Assembly (NCBI GenBank): GCA_965655095.1
Contig: OZ296650.1
Coordinates: forward strand, 107,508,001-107,572,000
Origin: Haplodiscus bocki
Taxonomy: Eukaryota
Direction: 5' to 3'
Length of the DNA: 64,000 nucleotides
Each line of letters begins with the position of its first letter. Within the stretch, counting starts at the first letter, position 1. This document shows, one piece after another, positions 52,401-62,230 of the stretch. A program made the translations under genes and the position numbers. Under the pieces are notes generated by a model. The model had not been told where the DNA came from. It made no database searches and saw only the letters and a list, made by a program, of their open reading frames with translations.

Positions 52401-55400
52401 CACAGCTGAAATGTACGGAAAACATCTTGAGACATGCATGCAAAACGAAGCAGCCACATTTAAACCTCCAGTTGTAGCGAAAAACAACCTACCAGTTCAA
52501 AATTACCAGACCAGGTGGTTCGCACCTCTTGTTATGTTTTTTGACTCGGCAAAATGTCGCTCTTCAAACCTTTAGCTATATGTTCCAACACTTCTGATAG
52601 AAGTTCAAACGAGATTATGGAAAGACATGAAACCTGTGGATTTTGCTTGGTTGTTATCGAGCACAACCACTCAGAACCTGTCTTATTGAGATTGTAAAGA
52701 TCGTTTAATTGTTTCAAAGTTTCGACAAAAACATACAGAAAGTTGGAAAAGCCTTATGGAATTAAGCAGTTATATCGAAACTACACAGGATCACCTCAAT
52801 TTCCTTCCGATCAATGCTGGATTTGTAAAAGAGACCCAAAAGCGCTAGAGTTTTGAATCACTGTCATCACATCGGAAAAATTTTGGCTTTCGCACACAGT
52901 AAATGCAACCATAAACGACTACATTCTGATATTCTCTCAATCATTCGAATTATGATATAGATTTTGTTTGCAAATTTCTACACCTTTTCTCAGAAGATAG
53001 TAAATCTCAAGTCATTCTGATAATCGATCAAAAATACATTTCGCTTTAGATTGGTATTAAAGTTGCGTCTTACGCGGACCGTCGATGGGTTGAAAAACAT
53101 ATCAATGAATATTTACGTTTCGTCGCTTTTTGTAGATTTTCGGCGTCATCTCTGGACAAACTTGTGATTTATTTACCTGCAGAGAACTTCAGTTTACTGG
53201 ATAACCACTTTCCTTAACATTGTTCCGAAAACTTGCAACTGCTCCATCAAAAGATGTTTTACCCCTACTCTTCGATTGTCTGAAAACTTTCGGGAAAAAT
53301 CCTTGCCCAGTGTACAAAACGGACGAACTCTCTCCAAGATCGTCTGGTATCAATTTCTCCAGAGAATTTTCAACATGCAAATGTCTTCCAAGAGTTTGTG
53401 TGCCAAATACTCAGTAGTTACCACGATCTTTACCTAGCAACGGACACTTTGCTACTTGCATGTGTGGTGGAGCAGTTTCGAAAAGTTACTTACTTTACTT
53501 ACGGATTGGATACTCCTCACTATTACACGTTTTCTCATCTTTCTGGCGACGCTTTCCTAAAAGTTATTGAAGCTATAGTCGAATTGCCCACAGACCGTAG
53601 TCACTTGGAGATGGTTGAGAACTTGATTAGAGGTAGTGTCTCCTCAATGTTTTCAAAGCGTCTGGCTACGATGAGCAACAAATACCTGGAAGGATTTGAC
53701 GAGACAGAACAAGATTATAGGGTCTCCTCGGGGATGCTAACAATCTTTATGGTAGAATAATGCAAAGTTTCCACTACGTTTGATCGAGTTTGAGATCGTG
53801 AATGTTGAGCTTAGCTCAATCCTTAAGACTGCAAACCACTCGGAATCTGGCTTCGTATGAAAAGTCGATTTGGACTATCCTGATGTCCTCCACAATATGC
53901 ACGAATACTTTCCAGTGGCTCGAAAGAAGGAGAAAATTAATCGCAATATGCTGTCCTAGTATCAGATGAGTCTATTCGATCAAGTGGGCGATAGACGCTT
54001 TCCCAGGCCAAGGCTTGTACAGACGTTTTTCGCAAAGAAAAGTTAAACTGTTCATTTCATTACCCTGAAGCTCTACGTCGATCTGAGTCTCAAAGTTACT
54101 AAAGTACATCGGGTCCTTCAGTTCAAAATGGAAAAGTGGTTGGAACCCCACACCAGCTTAAGCACCAGACTGCAAACTCAGTCAATGAACAATTTCGAAG
54201 AGTCATTTTATAACCTGATGAACGATTCTTGTAACGGTAAAACTCTTGAAAGCGAACGAAACAAAGTAAACGTAACACTAGTTAAGACAAGAGAAGCTGT
54301 CATTGAAAACTCTGACAATGGTTTGCTGAAATCAATCAACATCTTCGATGAAAACCTGGTAGCAGTTACGAGTCGCAGAGTACAAATTTACTCGGTTATG
54401 CCAACTCTCGTGGGCGTTGCATATTCGATCGTGCCAAGTTCCATTCCATTACAAGGTAACCATAAAAGTTCAAAATCAGTACCTTAACCCTTAGACTATA
54501 ACAAAAAAACCGGTGAATTTTCTATCGATTTCCATCCGGTGTCCAAACAAAATGGTCTAAAGGCAACGACAAAACATTCGGAAGCCGACATTAGGGTTTT
54601 CTAAGCAGTCTCATTCCACCAAAAAAAAGAGTTTTTGTTTGCAGGTAATTAAGAAGTGCTTCGACTGCTCACTAAATTCTGACACTGACTCGCTTTTGTA
54701 TGAGATCAGAGGATAGGTTTCATAAGAGAAAATAGCAAACAAGCCCATGCTACAAAACCGTTTCCACTTTTCCAAATTTGCGAACGACAGTCCTCTTCAT
54801 TGAGACACAAACAAGATGGTCACAGTCAAATTCAAAGATCAGATGGCAAGAGAAGTCATCCGGCAATTCGTTGGTCTCAAACCCAAGATGTGGTCGATAG
54901 TTAATGAGAACCAACAAAAGATGTCAGCAAAAGGCGTGTCTCGATTTGCTAACTTTTCACTGAAACTTGACGTCTAAAAACGTGTTCTAGTAACTGGTCA
55001 AAACATGAGGTCAAACATTATAAGGATTGGATGCCTTCGATGACAAGCGTTTCATAGAAAACGGTGGCATACGTTGTCTTCCTTGCAGGTACTACGAAAT
55101 AAGAGACTGGCAAGTGCATGGAGAGATCCTGGAAGACGATGACTGGGGATGAATTTTTCCCCATCCTAGAAGAAGAGTTGTGCTAATTTCAACTGATACC
55201 GATTAAATTTTGATCGTAGAAAATGGTTTGAGCGAAACATTATGCCGCCGATTACACTTTGAACGTAGGAAAGGGTTTGAGCAAAACAATATGCAAACTT
55301 TTTTCACCATAAATGATGAAAAAACGTTTTGACGTGTTTCTTCTCACGTAGATAACACCCATCCCGTGGAAGTGAGCATTAAAAACCCTCTGCGAAAGAG

Positions 55401-58400
55401 TGCACGTAAAACTACTGCGAAAGAGCGCACGGAAAAAGCCCCTACGAAAGGGCGAACGGAAAAAGCCCCCGCAAAAGAGTGCACGTAAAAAGCCCCCGCG
55501 AAAGAGCGCAGGGAAAAAACCCCGTGAAAGAGCGCACGGAAAAAGCCCCCCGTGAAAGAGCGCAGGTTAAAAGTACCCGTGAAGGAGTGCACGGATAAAG
55601 CCCCTGTGAAAGCGAACGGAAAAGGCCCCTGTGGAAGAGCGCACGGAAATAGCACCCGCGAAGGAGCGCAGGGAAAATTCCCCCGCGAAAGAGTGTGCGG
55701 AAAAAGGCCCTGCGAAGGAGCCCATGGTAAAAGATCCTGCAAAATAGCGCACGGGAAATCCCTGTGAAGTGGCGTCAAGAGACAGCGTCTACGCCGACGT
55801 GCGTAAAAATTAGTTCCCGAAAATGTTCCAGCCATACACAACACCATTCGTTTCCTGGCCGGTATAGGAGCCCCGAGGATGACTATAGGCGCTGTGCGGT
55901 GCCGGAAACACCATCAAGGTTACCTTTGTGACTTGAACCTGTCAAATAATTTCTTTCGGAAAACGCGTCACAACAACTGGAATCAAGTTGGTTTGACAAC
56001 ACATCAGATAAATCTTGATGTCAAGCTTTTTCCGTTGAGATTGTACTGAAAAACTCTGAAAAAACAATTCATATGGAATGAGTTGCCGAGGAACCGAGCA
56101 AAAAATTTTCGGCGATCTAATAGCTATCTTGATTTTTGAAATAACTCTGATTTTCTGCATCACTTTCTCAAAGAAATCCTTGAGATTGATAAGCCTTTTT
56201 TTCAAGGTTTTGCATACCATTAAAAGCAGACTTCCTAATGAGTTTATTTTCCATCCTGACTTCTTTATCGGGAACATTTGTATCTGTAGTTATATCACTT
56301 AAACCAGAAAATTAACATAGAATAATTCCCAGTAACATCCCATCTTCCCCCTTCCCGCAAGAAGCAATTCCTCTGCAGTCTTGTACCCACGTATATGAAT
56401 GAAAAGAGTTGAATATATAAAATAAATATGAAATAATGGAGGAAAAGTGAATCGGTAGCTTATCTTTCCGCCAAAAAGATCCATGGAAAACTTTTCGACA
56501 TTTTCGATGTAGAGTGGAATAAACTTCTCAAATACTGATATCCCTCTGAGTAACTGCTTGTCGATAAGGTTAATTTCAGATGATTTTCAGTCGGTGAATT
56601 TGGCCGAAATCCTCAGCGTTTTCACAGAGATGGTAAATAAAATAAGCATGAAAATTTCGGAGGCAGTTTGATGTAACTGCCCTTGAAATTCTTCTTAGAT
56701 GTATTGTCAACAAAGTAACTTCAACGCTAAGGCTACTTTAAGCTCAGCTTTATTGTTTCGCTTACAGTTACCTCCGCGTTGGAGCCAACACTTGAAATAC
56801 GGAACGTCTAGACAAAATTTGTTTACAAGCTAAGATTCAGCTGCAATATACCTGTTCTAGATTCGGTATTCACCCGCGAAAAGATTGACGTAAACTTACG
56901 ATTGACCCGCGGAAACTCGTGTGAATGTCTATACTACTAGCGTCGAAGGACCAATCAAAGGGTGGGATTTTTACGTTTACTTGCCGCGAAGTGTCTGGGA
57001 AATGCCCAGAGTCTTGTTGAATTTTTTATCCATTATTTCATTGCAAATTTGCCGCAAAAAGCGACTGAAATAGTATTGTTTCGCAATACCTACTATTTTT
57101 TTTTTGGAAAAAAGTTTCTTTTTCGAAGAAAAATTTGAATTTTTTCGAAATTCGTCAAAGGTGACCAATTTGCTGTAGAAAGCCTATGAATTAATATCAT
57201 TTCTTAAAATTGTCTTTTCCATCTTAATTGTGAACTGTTTTTTGCAAATTTTCTGAATTTGGAAAATTTAGTTTTTTTATGAATGTAGATTGAATTTTTG
57301 AAACTTTTTGAATTTGGAAAAAGTAAGTTTTTTTCTTAATGTGGATTAGTTTTTGCGGAGAAAAAACGTTTTCATCGTTTTAAAATTCCTCGTTATCAAA
57401 GTTGGAGGCCGGAAAATATGTCGGTGGTGGCGGGCCGTCTTGTTAAAAGATGTAAAGGGAAGAGCACTTTTTTATTTTCAACTTGAGACAAGTCCGATTT
57501 CAATATTATTCTGAGGCTCTTCGGAATTTAAGTTTCACTGGAGAAAAATCAATTTCAGATGACATTTAGGACTTGCGGAATTTTTGTGAAGTGTACTTGT
57601 AGTGTTAATTGGTTTTTTTTACGCCTTTCTGGTACTGCATTTTGCGACCTCGTCCAAGATTAGGAATTTTGCGCGACCTGCGGAAAACTTGAAAAAAATC
57701 TTTAGAACACAGCAAAGCTGCGTGGGATTTCCGGAGCAACCATAGAAAGCATCATAGCAGCGATGAGAGCGCTCAATTAAAATGATTATCAAGTTCTTCC
57801 GAAGTCCTGTCCGCTTTGGGCGGCTGTGCTTTTTAAGTTCATTGCTCGTCATGTTTTTGAACGAGCGAGAAAGCGAAGAGATCGAACTGAATTGTATTAC
57901 GCACAGCGTTTTTTCCCCGTGCGTCTTCAGATGTCAAATTATGCGTTTTAGTAGGGAAAGTATGCGTTCCCTGGCAAGCGTGGAATTTTTTCAATGTGGC
58001 CTAATATCGAACTCCTTTCGAATAAAATAAATCCAGCGTTCAATTTGGGAATTATCCAATTGGAAAGCCGGGTTTTCAAATTGTCGTTTGCTAAAACTGA
58101 TAGTTTTGAAAGTTAGTGGTCGAATTCCAGCGGTAGTTAGACCTTTCGCTGCCTGATGGTCTTATTCAGTGGTAACGAGTGGCTCTACGATTTTTTTGGA
58201 AGTTTTTGGATTTGAGATCGAAAAATCAATTTAGTCTTTTTTGAGCCGTAGGTTACTATTTTTCTTGATGAGTACTGATGGGATTCGTTGCGTCAAGTGC
58301 TACTTGAGCTACTTGCTGTCAGGGGTTACTGACAAACAGTCGAGATGCTCTATTTTTGTTTTTGCTCTCTCTTTCGAAATGCAGTAACTAATGTTTGGAA

Positions 58401-61154
58401 AGTCCTAGATTTTTTCTCTTTTTCGTCAGAAGTGTTTTCTTCAATGGCCATCGATCGGATTCTTCCCATTTAGAGCTGATAAAATTTTTGCTGACGGGAG
58501 TTTTCTCAAAAAGGCGTCATGGTTTATAATCACCTTTTGTGAATTGTAACTGTTGTTTGAGAAGTCGAAAATGTTTTTTCTTGTCGCTCGTCGAAGGCGC
58601 TTTTTGTGCAGACTGTTGCTTGATCTTGTCAATTTTGGGCTAATTGAACTGATCAGTGACCGGAGTGCCCATGAAAAAGCATGTGTGGTCTAACTCATGC
58701 ATTTTTGGCAAAGTATTTTAGCTTATGGAATGTAAGTCTAAGGAGTTCACTTGGGCTTTTCGTCAGGAGCATTTTCCGTAAACTTCTTTTCGCATTCGTT
58801 CATATAACTTTTTAATTTCTGCTACTTAGAGGTTATTCAGTGCACAAGCGTTGTTGTGTTCGTTATTTTGCCCCGTCTGTTATCTTTAGACGTACTTTTG
58901 AAATTGAACCAGCTCCTTCTTGCATGTTCCGTATATAAATTTTTGGAATAAGCAGCCAACCTGCCTCATTCGTCAAAAGCGTTGTCATTGACTATTGTTT
59001 AGAAGTCGGCTTTTGATCGTGGATGAACCAAAAATTGAAAGTTTTTATCGTTAACAGGGTTTCACCTTTAATTTTTTGAGTGTACAGGACTTTGAATCTC
59101 AACATTTGCTTGCTTTCGTTAGTTTTGGTATAGCCATACGTCGAATTTATTTTTATAACTGTCTCAGGGAAGTTGGTTTTGTGTCACGACTGCTCGCTGA
59201 GCACAACTCCGCATCCTTTACACCTGAACACGTATAGGCAGGGACTTTTCTCCGATCGTAATCAACTATCTTTTTTCACTATATTGAGTGCTTTTTCCTT
59301 CTGCATTTCGAACAACACTGCTTGTTCAGACTAGTGTTGTCTGTTTTGTTTGCAGTTACATTGGTTGGTACCTTGGGTACCTTGCTTGCGTTTATAGAGC
59401 GAGAGTATATAAGATTGCGGGAAAATTCTTAAAACGGAGGCTATGCTTTCGAGTCTTTACCTAGAGATGGTTTTGTTTGAAAATGATGAGTTTCTCTGGT
59501 AGTCGATGATAAAATCTTCCATGAAAGAGTGATGTGCAAGTTTAGATCAAATTTTCTTCTGGTCATTTTTGCCAAAACAAAGTGGCTAAAACGTAGGAGT
59601 TTCTCTGTTTTTTTTCGAGGGTTCGAGCCTCTTTTCGCTTTCTTTGATTAGAAGTACAGTTAATTCTGCCAACCTTTCTGGTCCAGGTTTTTTTTGAGAA
59701 ATTGTTGTGTATGTAGGTTAGGTTCTAAAATTGATTTTTTTGATAAGATTATGGTGCGAACTTCCTTGAGCCTTTTATTTGAAGTTCCAAAATTTTTACT
59801 TGCGTCTTGCTGAATTTTTGCTTTTCTCGAAGTTTACCGGTTGGATTGGCAGATCTTTTACTCACTCAAAAACCCTCAATGTGGAAAACCTGCCAGTTGG
59901 TATGTACTGTTTCGTTGTTTTCTCCGATTTATCGTTCAGATATCTTTTAGATATGTTTTCTATCTCGGACACTATCGGTTGGATTGCTTAATTGGAGTCT
60001 TGATGAGTAGGGGTTGCTTTTGATCTGTTCGAAAATGCCATTTTTTGGAAAAAAAACCTGCATTCTGGCCTTATTTGAAAAGTGGGCCTGTTTAGGAGTT
60101 ATTTGCTGTTGAAGTTACTGAAACTACTTCGACTTGTCTTTCAATCTTTTGAAGAATTGTGATTTGATTCGGCTGTTTCAAAAATGGTTTTTCTTTCCAT
60201 TTGTGTCGATGTTTAGACCCAATGGGGTCTATTGTTTTCACTATGCTATTTTCTATGCTCTAACTGTCTAGCCTCCTCGATGCCTGTGTTTTCAACTTCT
60301 GAACGCCCAAATTTGTAATAAATTAACTCTTTTGTAGCCTTTTTTTGTCATCAATCAATAGGGTTTTTGTTAATGCATAGCTCAAACAAATTTTGCGCTT
60401 TATTTGGACCATTTTTGACATTATTCATACTGTCGGTATTGTTGTTATCTTGAAAAGGTTTCTAAATCGTTGGAATTAGCAGACACAAAAGTGCAGGAGT
60501 ATTCAGTAACCTTACCCTTGTTACCTACAATTTCCACCACCAAGAAAACTACGATAGCGAATAGAGCACAAACTCTGTCTTGGCGATTTATTTAGTATAA
60601 GTATCGAGAAATGGCATAGAATAGATTGATCTGAATTGATCAGAGATTCGTACTTTTAGGTGATAAATGGTAATCTGGTGTTGAACTTCCTCACTTGAAA
60701 GTCAATTTCTTATAGACCTCAAACTGACATTGATCTTCCGTTTGTCTGAAACTGAAAGTGAAAAGGTTCATACCAAAAATTTCAAGTTGCACCCTCTCGA
60801 AAAGCTAATTTTCCTGCTTTTTGAAAGGAGCAGTGTTTGCGGGCCAATTTGCTTGCTTTTACTAACAATTTCTTTTGTAGAAGTGAGTATTAGAATAAAG
60901 TCTGTGAATTAGATGGGATTTTATTTAGAGCGAATTAAAATCAACGGCTCCGAATGATAAATTGCATTATATTGTTACTTTCTTAAAAAGTTTGTTACAA
61001 GAGATATAATCTGAATGTAGCAAGTTTGGTAATCGAATTTTTAAAACTCTTGTTTCAGAATGATGTTATCGATTTGATGGAAAGAATTGACCAAAGTTGG
61101 GCAAAAGGAAAAATTGGATCATCTGTTGGAATTTTCCCTCTCAATTTTGTAGCC
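22124..61154 (+). CDS. SH3RF1: SH3RF/POSH-like RING + SH3 E3 ubiquitin ligase; join(22124..22494,24185..24242,25071..25144,27910..28138,61059..61154), probably continuing beyond
   Basis: RING CAVCLERL...VLPCQHTYHYGC...ELRCPECR; SH3-1 PLCKALYDYKAQHKT|DLSFKRGDLIVLLRQLDEHWFLGE...FPVNYVQ; SH3-2 CKALFNFE...CLYFSK|NDVIDLMERIDQSWAKGKIGSSVGIFPLNFV. All junctions are GT-AG with compatible phases. The exon-1 donor (GTTGTT) and the small exon 2 are less certain. Confidence 0.85.
22755..23498 (+). mobile_element. HINE-like repeat, copy e (5'-truncated, split by a MITE)
   Basis: Homology to copies a/b/d resumes after 23410 and ends in GGCGCAAGTGCTGCGAAGC. Confidence 0.6.
22972..23408. mobile_element. TA-flanked MITE nested in HINE copy e
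   Basis: TIR CACTCATTATCCTT(T/C)AT(G/A)AGAA at both ends; TA at 22970-71 and 23409-10. Confidence 0.8.
25071..25144 (+). CDS. SH3RF1: SH3RF-like exon 3 (start of SH3-1)
   Basis: TTCTTTTAG|NDPKQTEQPMPLCKALYDYKAQHK|GTAAGT; ALYDY is the canonical SH3 start. Confidence 0.85.
26385..27319 (+). mobile_element. Internally deleted, non-autonomous hAT element (935 bp)
   Basis: 8-bp TSD CAATAGAT (26377-84 and 27320-27); TIR CAGAGGT(A/G)TG(T/C)T; TAGCG subterminal repeats; frameshifted transposase C-terminus SAAVE/FSVAGSL...RRNRLGASNL at about 27030-27190. Confidence 0.88.
27910..28138 (+). CDS. SH3RF1: SH3RF-like exon 4 (rest of SH3-1, first part of SH3-2)
   Basis: DLSFKRGDLIVLLRQLDEHWFLGEAANSQGTFPVNYVQVINPLVGPLCKALFNFE...CLYFSK; flanked by TTTAG and GTTAGA. 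Confidence 0.9.
28646..28718 (+). other. Degenerate tRNA-like / Pol III type-2 promoter inside the Polinton left end
   Basis: A-box TAGCTCAGATGG (28653) and B-box GGTTCGAATCC (28697) at tRNA spacing. Acceptor and anticodon stems do not pair, so this is not a functional tRNA. Confidence 0.55.
29612..30085 (+). pseudogene. Polinton accessory gene, putative DEDD/DnaQ-like exonuclease fold (frameshifted)
   Basis: MLTPQTVIDFEGFRFLNQLFTIKELSV (IDxEGF...KEL pattern) followed by YAEGNEK...VIDLDNLLCPK in other frames. Confidence 0.5.
30983..31498 (+). pseudogene. Polinton retroviral-like (rve) integrase, N-terminal half missing
   Basis: WSDKGNEFKGAF...KSAFAEWNIRS (second D and E motifs), then the typical Polinton tail GDKVRIAKEDVPFNKGYKQRFTDEIF...FCEPEL; contains a stop and frameshifts. 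Confidence 0.85.
31501..32351 (+). pseudogene. Polinton minor capsid protein (penton/PZ), disrupted
   Basis: N-terminus FDIYLESAGSTETYQQNT...LTEPLQLEGDWRVALAEI and C-terminus EICIELV...YVPL...VAISLKF, typical of the Polinton single-jelly-roll mCP. Confidence 0.75.
32361..32730 (+). pseudogene. Small basic core/cement-like Polinton protein (RQRGxG-like motif)
   Basis: SGHLRQRESGLGFLAAGVGRVALPF followed by K/R-rich sequence, located between mCP and MCP. Confidence 0.5.
32722..33995 (+). pseudogene. Polinton major capsid protein (double jelly-roll, PY), disrupted
   Basis: GPTLQFEV, LHSLFS, YAQKALIET, NPFHFPKFNL, LFDLT and GERSSAVYLD motifs across shifting frames. Confidence 0.82.
33288..49170. 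repeat. Tandem array of 9 units of ~1765 bp (3' MCP + protease + 3' part of an opposite-strand gene) with a 5291-bp three-unit higher-order repeat
   Basis: GGAGCTACAC recurs at 33291, 35057, 36827, 38585, 40351, 42118, 43876, 45642 and 47410. ORF-track entries repeat at exactly +5291 (e.g. 35785/41076, 36982/42273, 40937/46228). Confidence 0.95.
34020..34390 (+). pseudogene. Adenain-like cysteine protease (first of 9 copies)
   Basis: VN...GKHW (catalytic His), FGD.LG, and Q..TSNSCG (catalytic Cys at 34280). Copies at 35785 and 41076 are open but lack the ATG and have Cys replaced by Gly. Confidence 0.85.
48510..49669 (-). pseudogene. Decayed Polinton gene of unknown function, convergent with the protease
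   Basis: Minus-strand ATG at 49669 followed by ORF fragments (48994..49287, 48873..49073, 48436..48855); its 3' part is included in each array unit. Confidence 0.4.
51234..55150 (+). pseudogene. Protein-primed family B DNA polymerase (group 2, HNH/EndoVII insert) with upstream C2H2 fingers, disrupted
   Basis: NCFLYC; CWIC...NHCHHIG..AHSKCN (52811-52910); YHDLYLATDTLLLA..E.FRK..YGLD; motif A DANNLYG (53733); motif B NLMNDSCNGKTLE; motif C SDTDS (54678); FVGLKPKM; AKGV; DDKR. Confidence 0.92.
54456..54644 (+). other. Putative GT-AG intron in Polinton pPolB
   Basis: AAG|GTAACC ... TTTTTGTTTGCAG|GTA; removal joins HYK|VIKKCFDCSLNSDTDSLLYEI in frame. Confidence 0.7.
55365..55772 (+). repeat. Minisatellite, about 15 copies of a ~27-bp unit (GCGAAAGAGCGCACGGAAAAAGCCCCC)
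   Basis: Directly visible head-to-tail degenerate units of 25-28 bp with no unique spacers. Confidence 0.9.
57620..60900 (-). mobile_element. Possible heavily decayed non-LTR retrotransposon (EN-RT)
   Basis: Only faint motif traces in the expected order on the minus strand (IDF...DYHL near 60680, KKPG near 59690, DSKA...KVP near 59400); no ORF remains. Confidence 0.25.
61059..61154 (+). CDS. SH3RF1: SH3RF-like exon 5 (second part of SH3-2)
   Basis: TGTTTCAG|NDVIDLMERIDQSWAKGKIGSSVGIFPLNFVA|GTTAGT; phase 0 matches exon 4. Absent from the ORF track because it is short. Confidence 0.88.
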
Positions 61155-61230
61155 GTTAGTTGACTTCAGCTTAATTTTTGCACATTCTAACAGAAAGGAA
61201 GACAGAAACCAGCTTATGATTAGTTTTCTC

Positions 61231-61600
61231 AAACTTGCGCAAGCAAGTGTTTTACACAGGCTTTTGCGTACTTCTTTTCGATCTGTTCACAACTCGCATT
61301 TGTGCCTATTTTCTGATGGTGCCCAGATTTTGCTCATGCGCTCTCGCTTTCTTGCAAAAACTTGTTCGGGTGCTGTTGCAGATTTGCACAAATTTCTTCA
61401 CGTGGCCTCTTGTCCAGCGAGCGCGCTTGTTTTAATTCAACATAGAGCCAATTAACTGCTGTAGTCGTTCGTACTTGTTATGTATATGAATTTATGAGAA
61501 ATAACTGAGTTAATTGAATTTGTTTAATCAGTAATTTTTGTAGTACCGTACCCCCTTAAAAAATCAGTTATACTTGTTCGATTTGTTCACTATTATTTTT
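61231..61600 (+). mobile_element. HINE-like repeat, copy f (3' hairpin lost)
   Basis: ACTTGCGCAAGCAAGTGT 5' palindrome; body homologous to 15391-15783. Confidence 0.55.
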
Positions 61601-61973
61601 CTATGCAAAACTGGTATTCTTCTCCGTCATCCGACAGTTTAGTCTGGTGAAAACTATCGAGAATGGCCTCGTGGCAGGTACTTGTTCATGTTGGCATTTT
61701 TTACTGTGTAAGTTTCTATAAACATTGGGCAGCAAAAAGGCTTAACGTGAAAAAACTTGATTGACATATCAACTTTCCGAATATGAGACCCTATGACCTT
61801 TTTTTTGCCTTTTTCAAACAAATTCTTGATTGACAGCTGGTGTAGTTTTTCTGGAAGTATCAATCACGTCTTCGATCGTGGTTTCAAACGTCTTTCGGGA
61901 ATCTTGACCTTAACTGACTAGTAAAAAACTAAAACAGACCCGTACGATTTTTCGTTTCTCCTCTGTGTACTAG

Positions 61974-62230
61974 TTTTTTTCGTTTTAATAGAACATTGAT
62001 GAGATTTGAGCCTCTAGCTGATCAAGGAGGTATCCCTAGGAGTCAGCTTTTTGCGTGCCATTTCAGAAATATTTGTGGTCACTAATTGGGACTGCACATA
62101 TTTTTTTTCGTTTTAATAGAACATTGATGAGATTTGAGCCTCTAGCTGATCAAGGAGGTATCCTTAGGAGTCAGCTTTTTGCGTGCCATTTCAGAAATCT
62201 TTGTGGTCACTAATTGGGACTGCACATATT
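61974..62230. repeat. Two-copy 128-bp tandem duplication
   Basis: CGTTTTAATAGAAC...GGGACTGCACATA at 61981 and 62109, nearly identical and bounded by T-runs. Confidence 0.9.

Larger units (their letters stand above)
28309..56938 (+). mobile_element. Polinton/Maverick (endogenous adintovirus-like element), decayed, 28.6 kb including an internal tandem array
   Basis: 6-bp TSD AGCGTC (28303-08 and 56939-44); ~75-bp imperfect TIRs beginning AGTAG(G/T)ATAG and containing AATCTTTTCGCGGGTGAAT; hallmark gene remnants INT, mCP, MCP, PRO and pPolB. Confidence 0.93.

Noticed and set aside
55365-55772. CRISPR-like array
   Set aside because: Units abut with no unique spacers, there are no cas genes, and the context is eukaryotic.
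55344-55847. 167-aa minus-strand ORF
   Set aside because: By-product of the stop-poor minisatellite; no recognisable domain.
55940-56860. Minus-strand accessory gene near the right Polinton end
   Set aside because: Only short broken ORFs with no recognisable motif.
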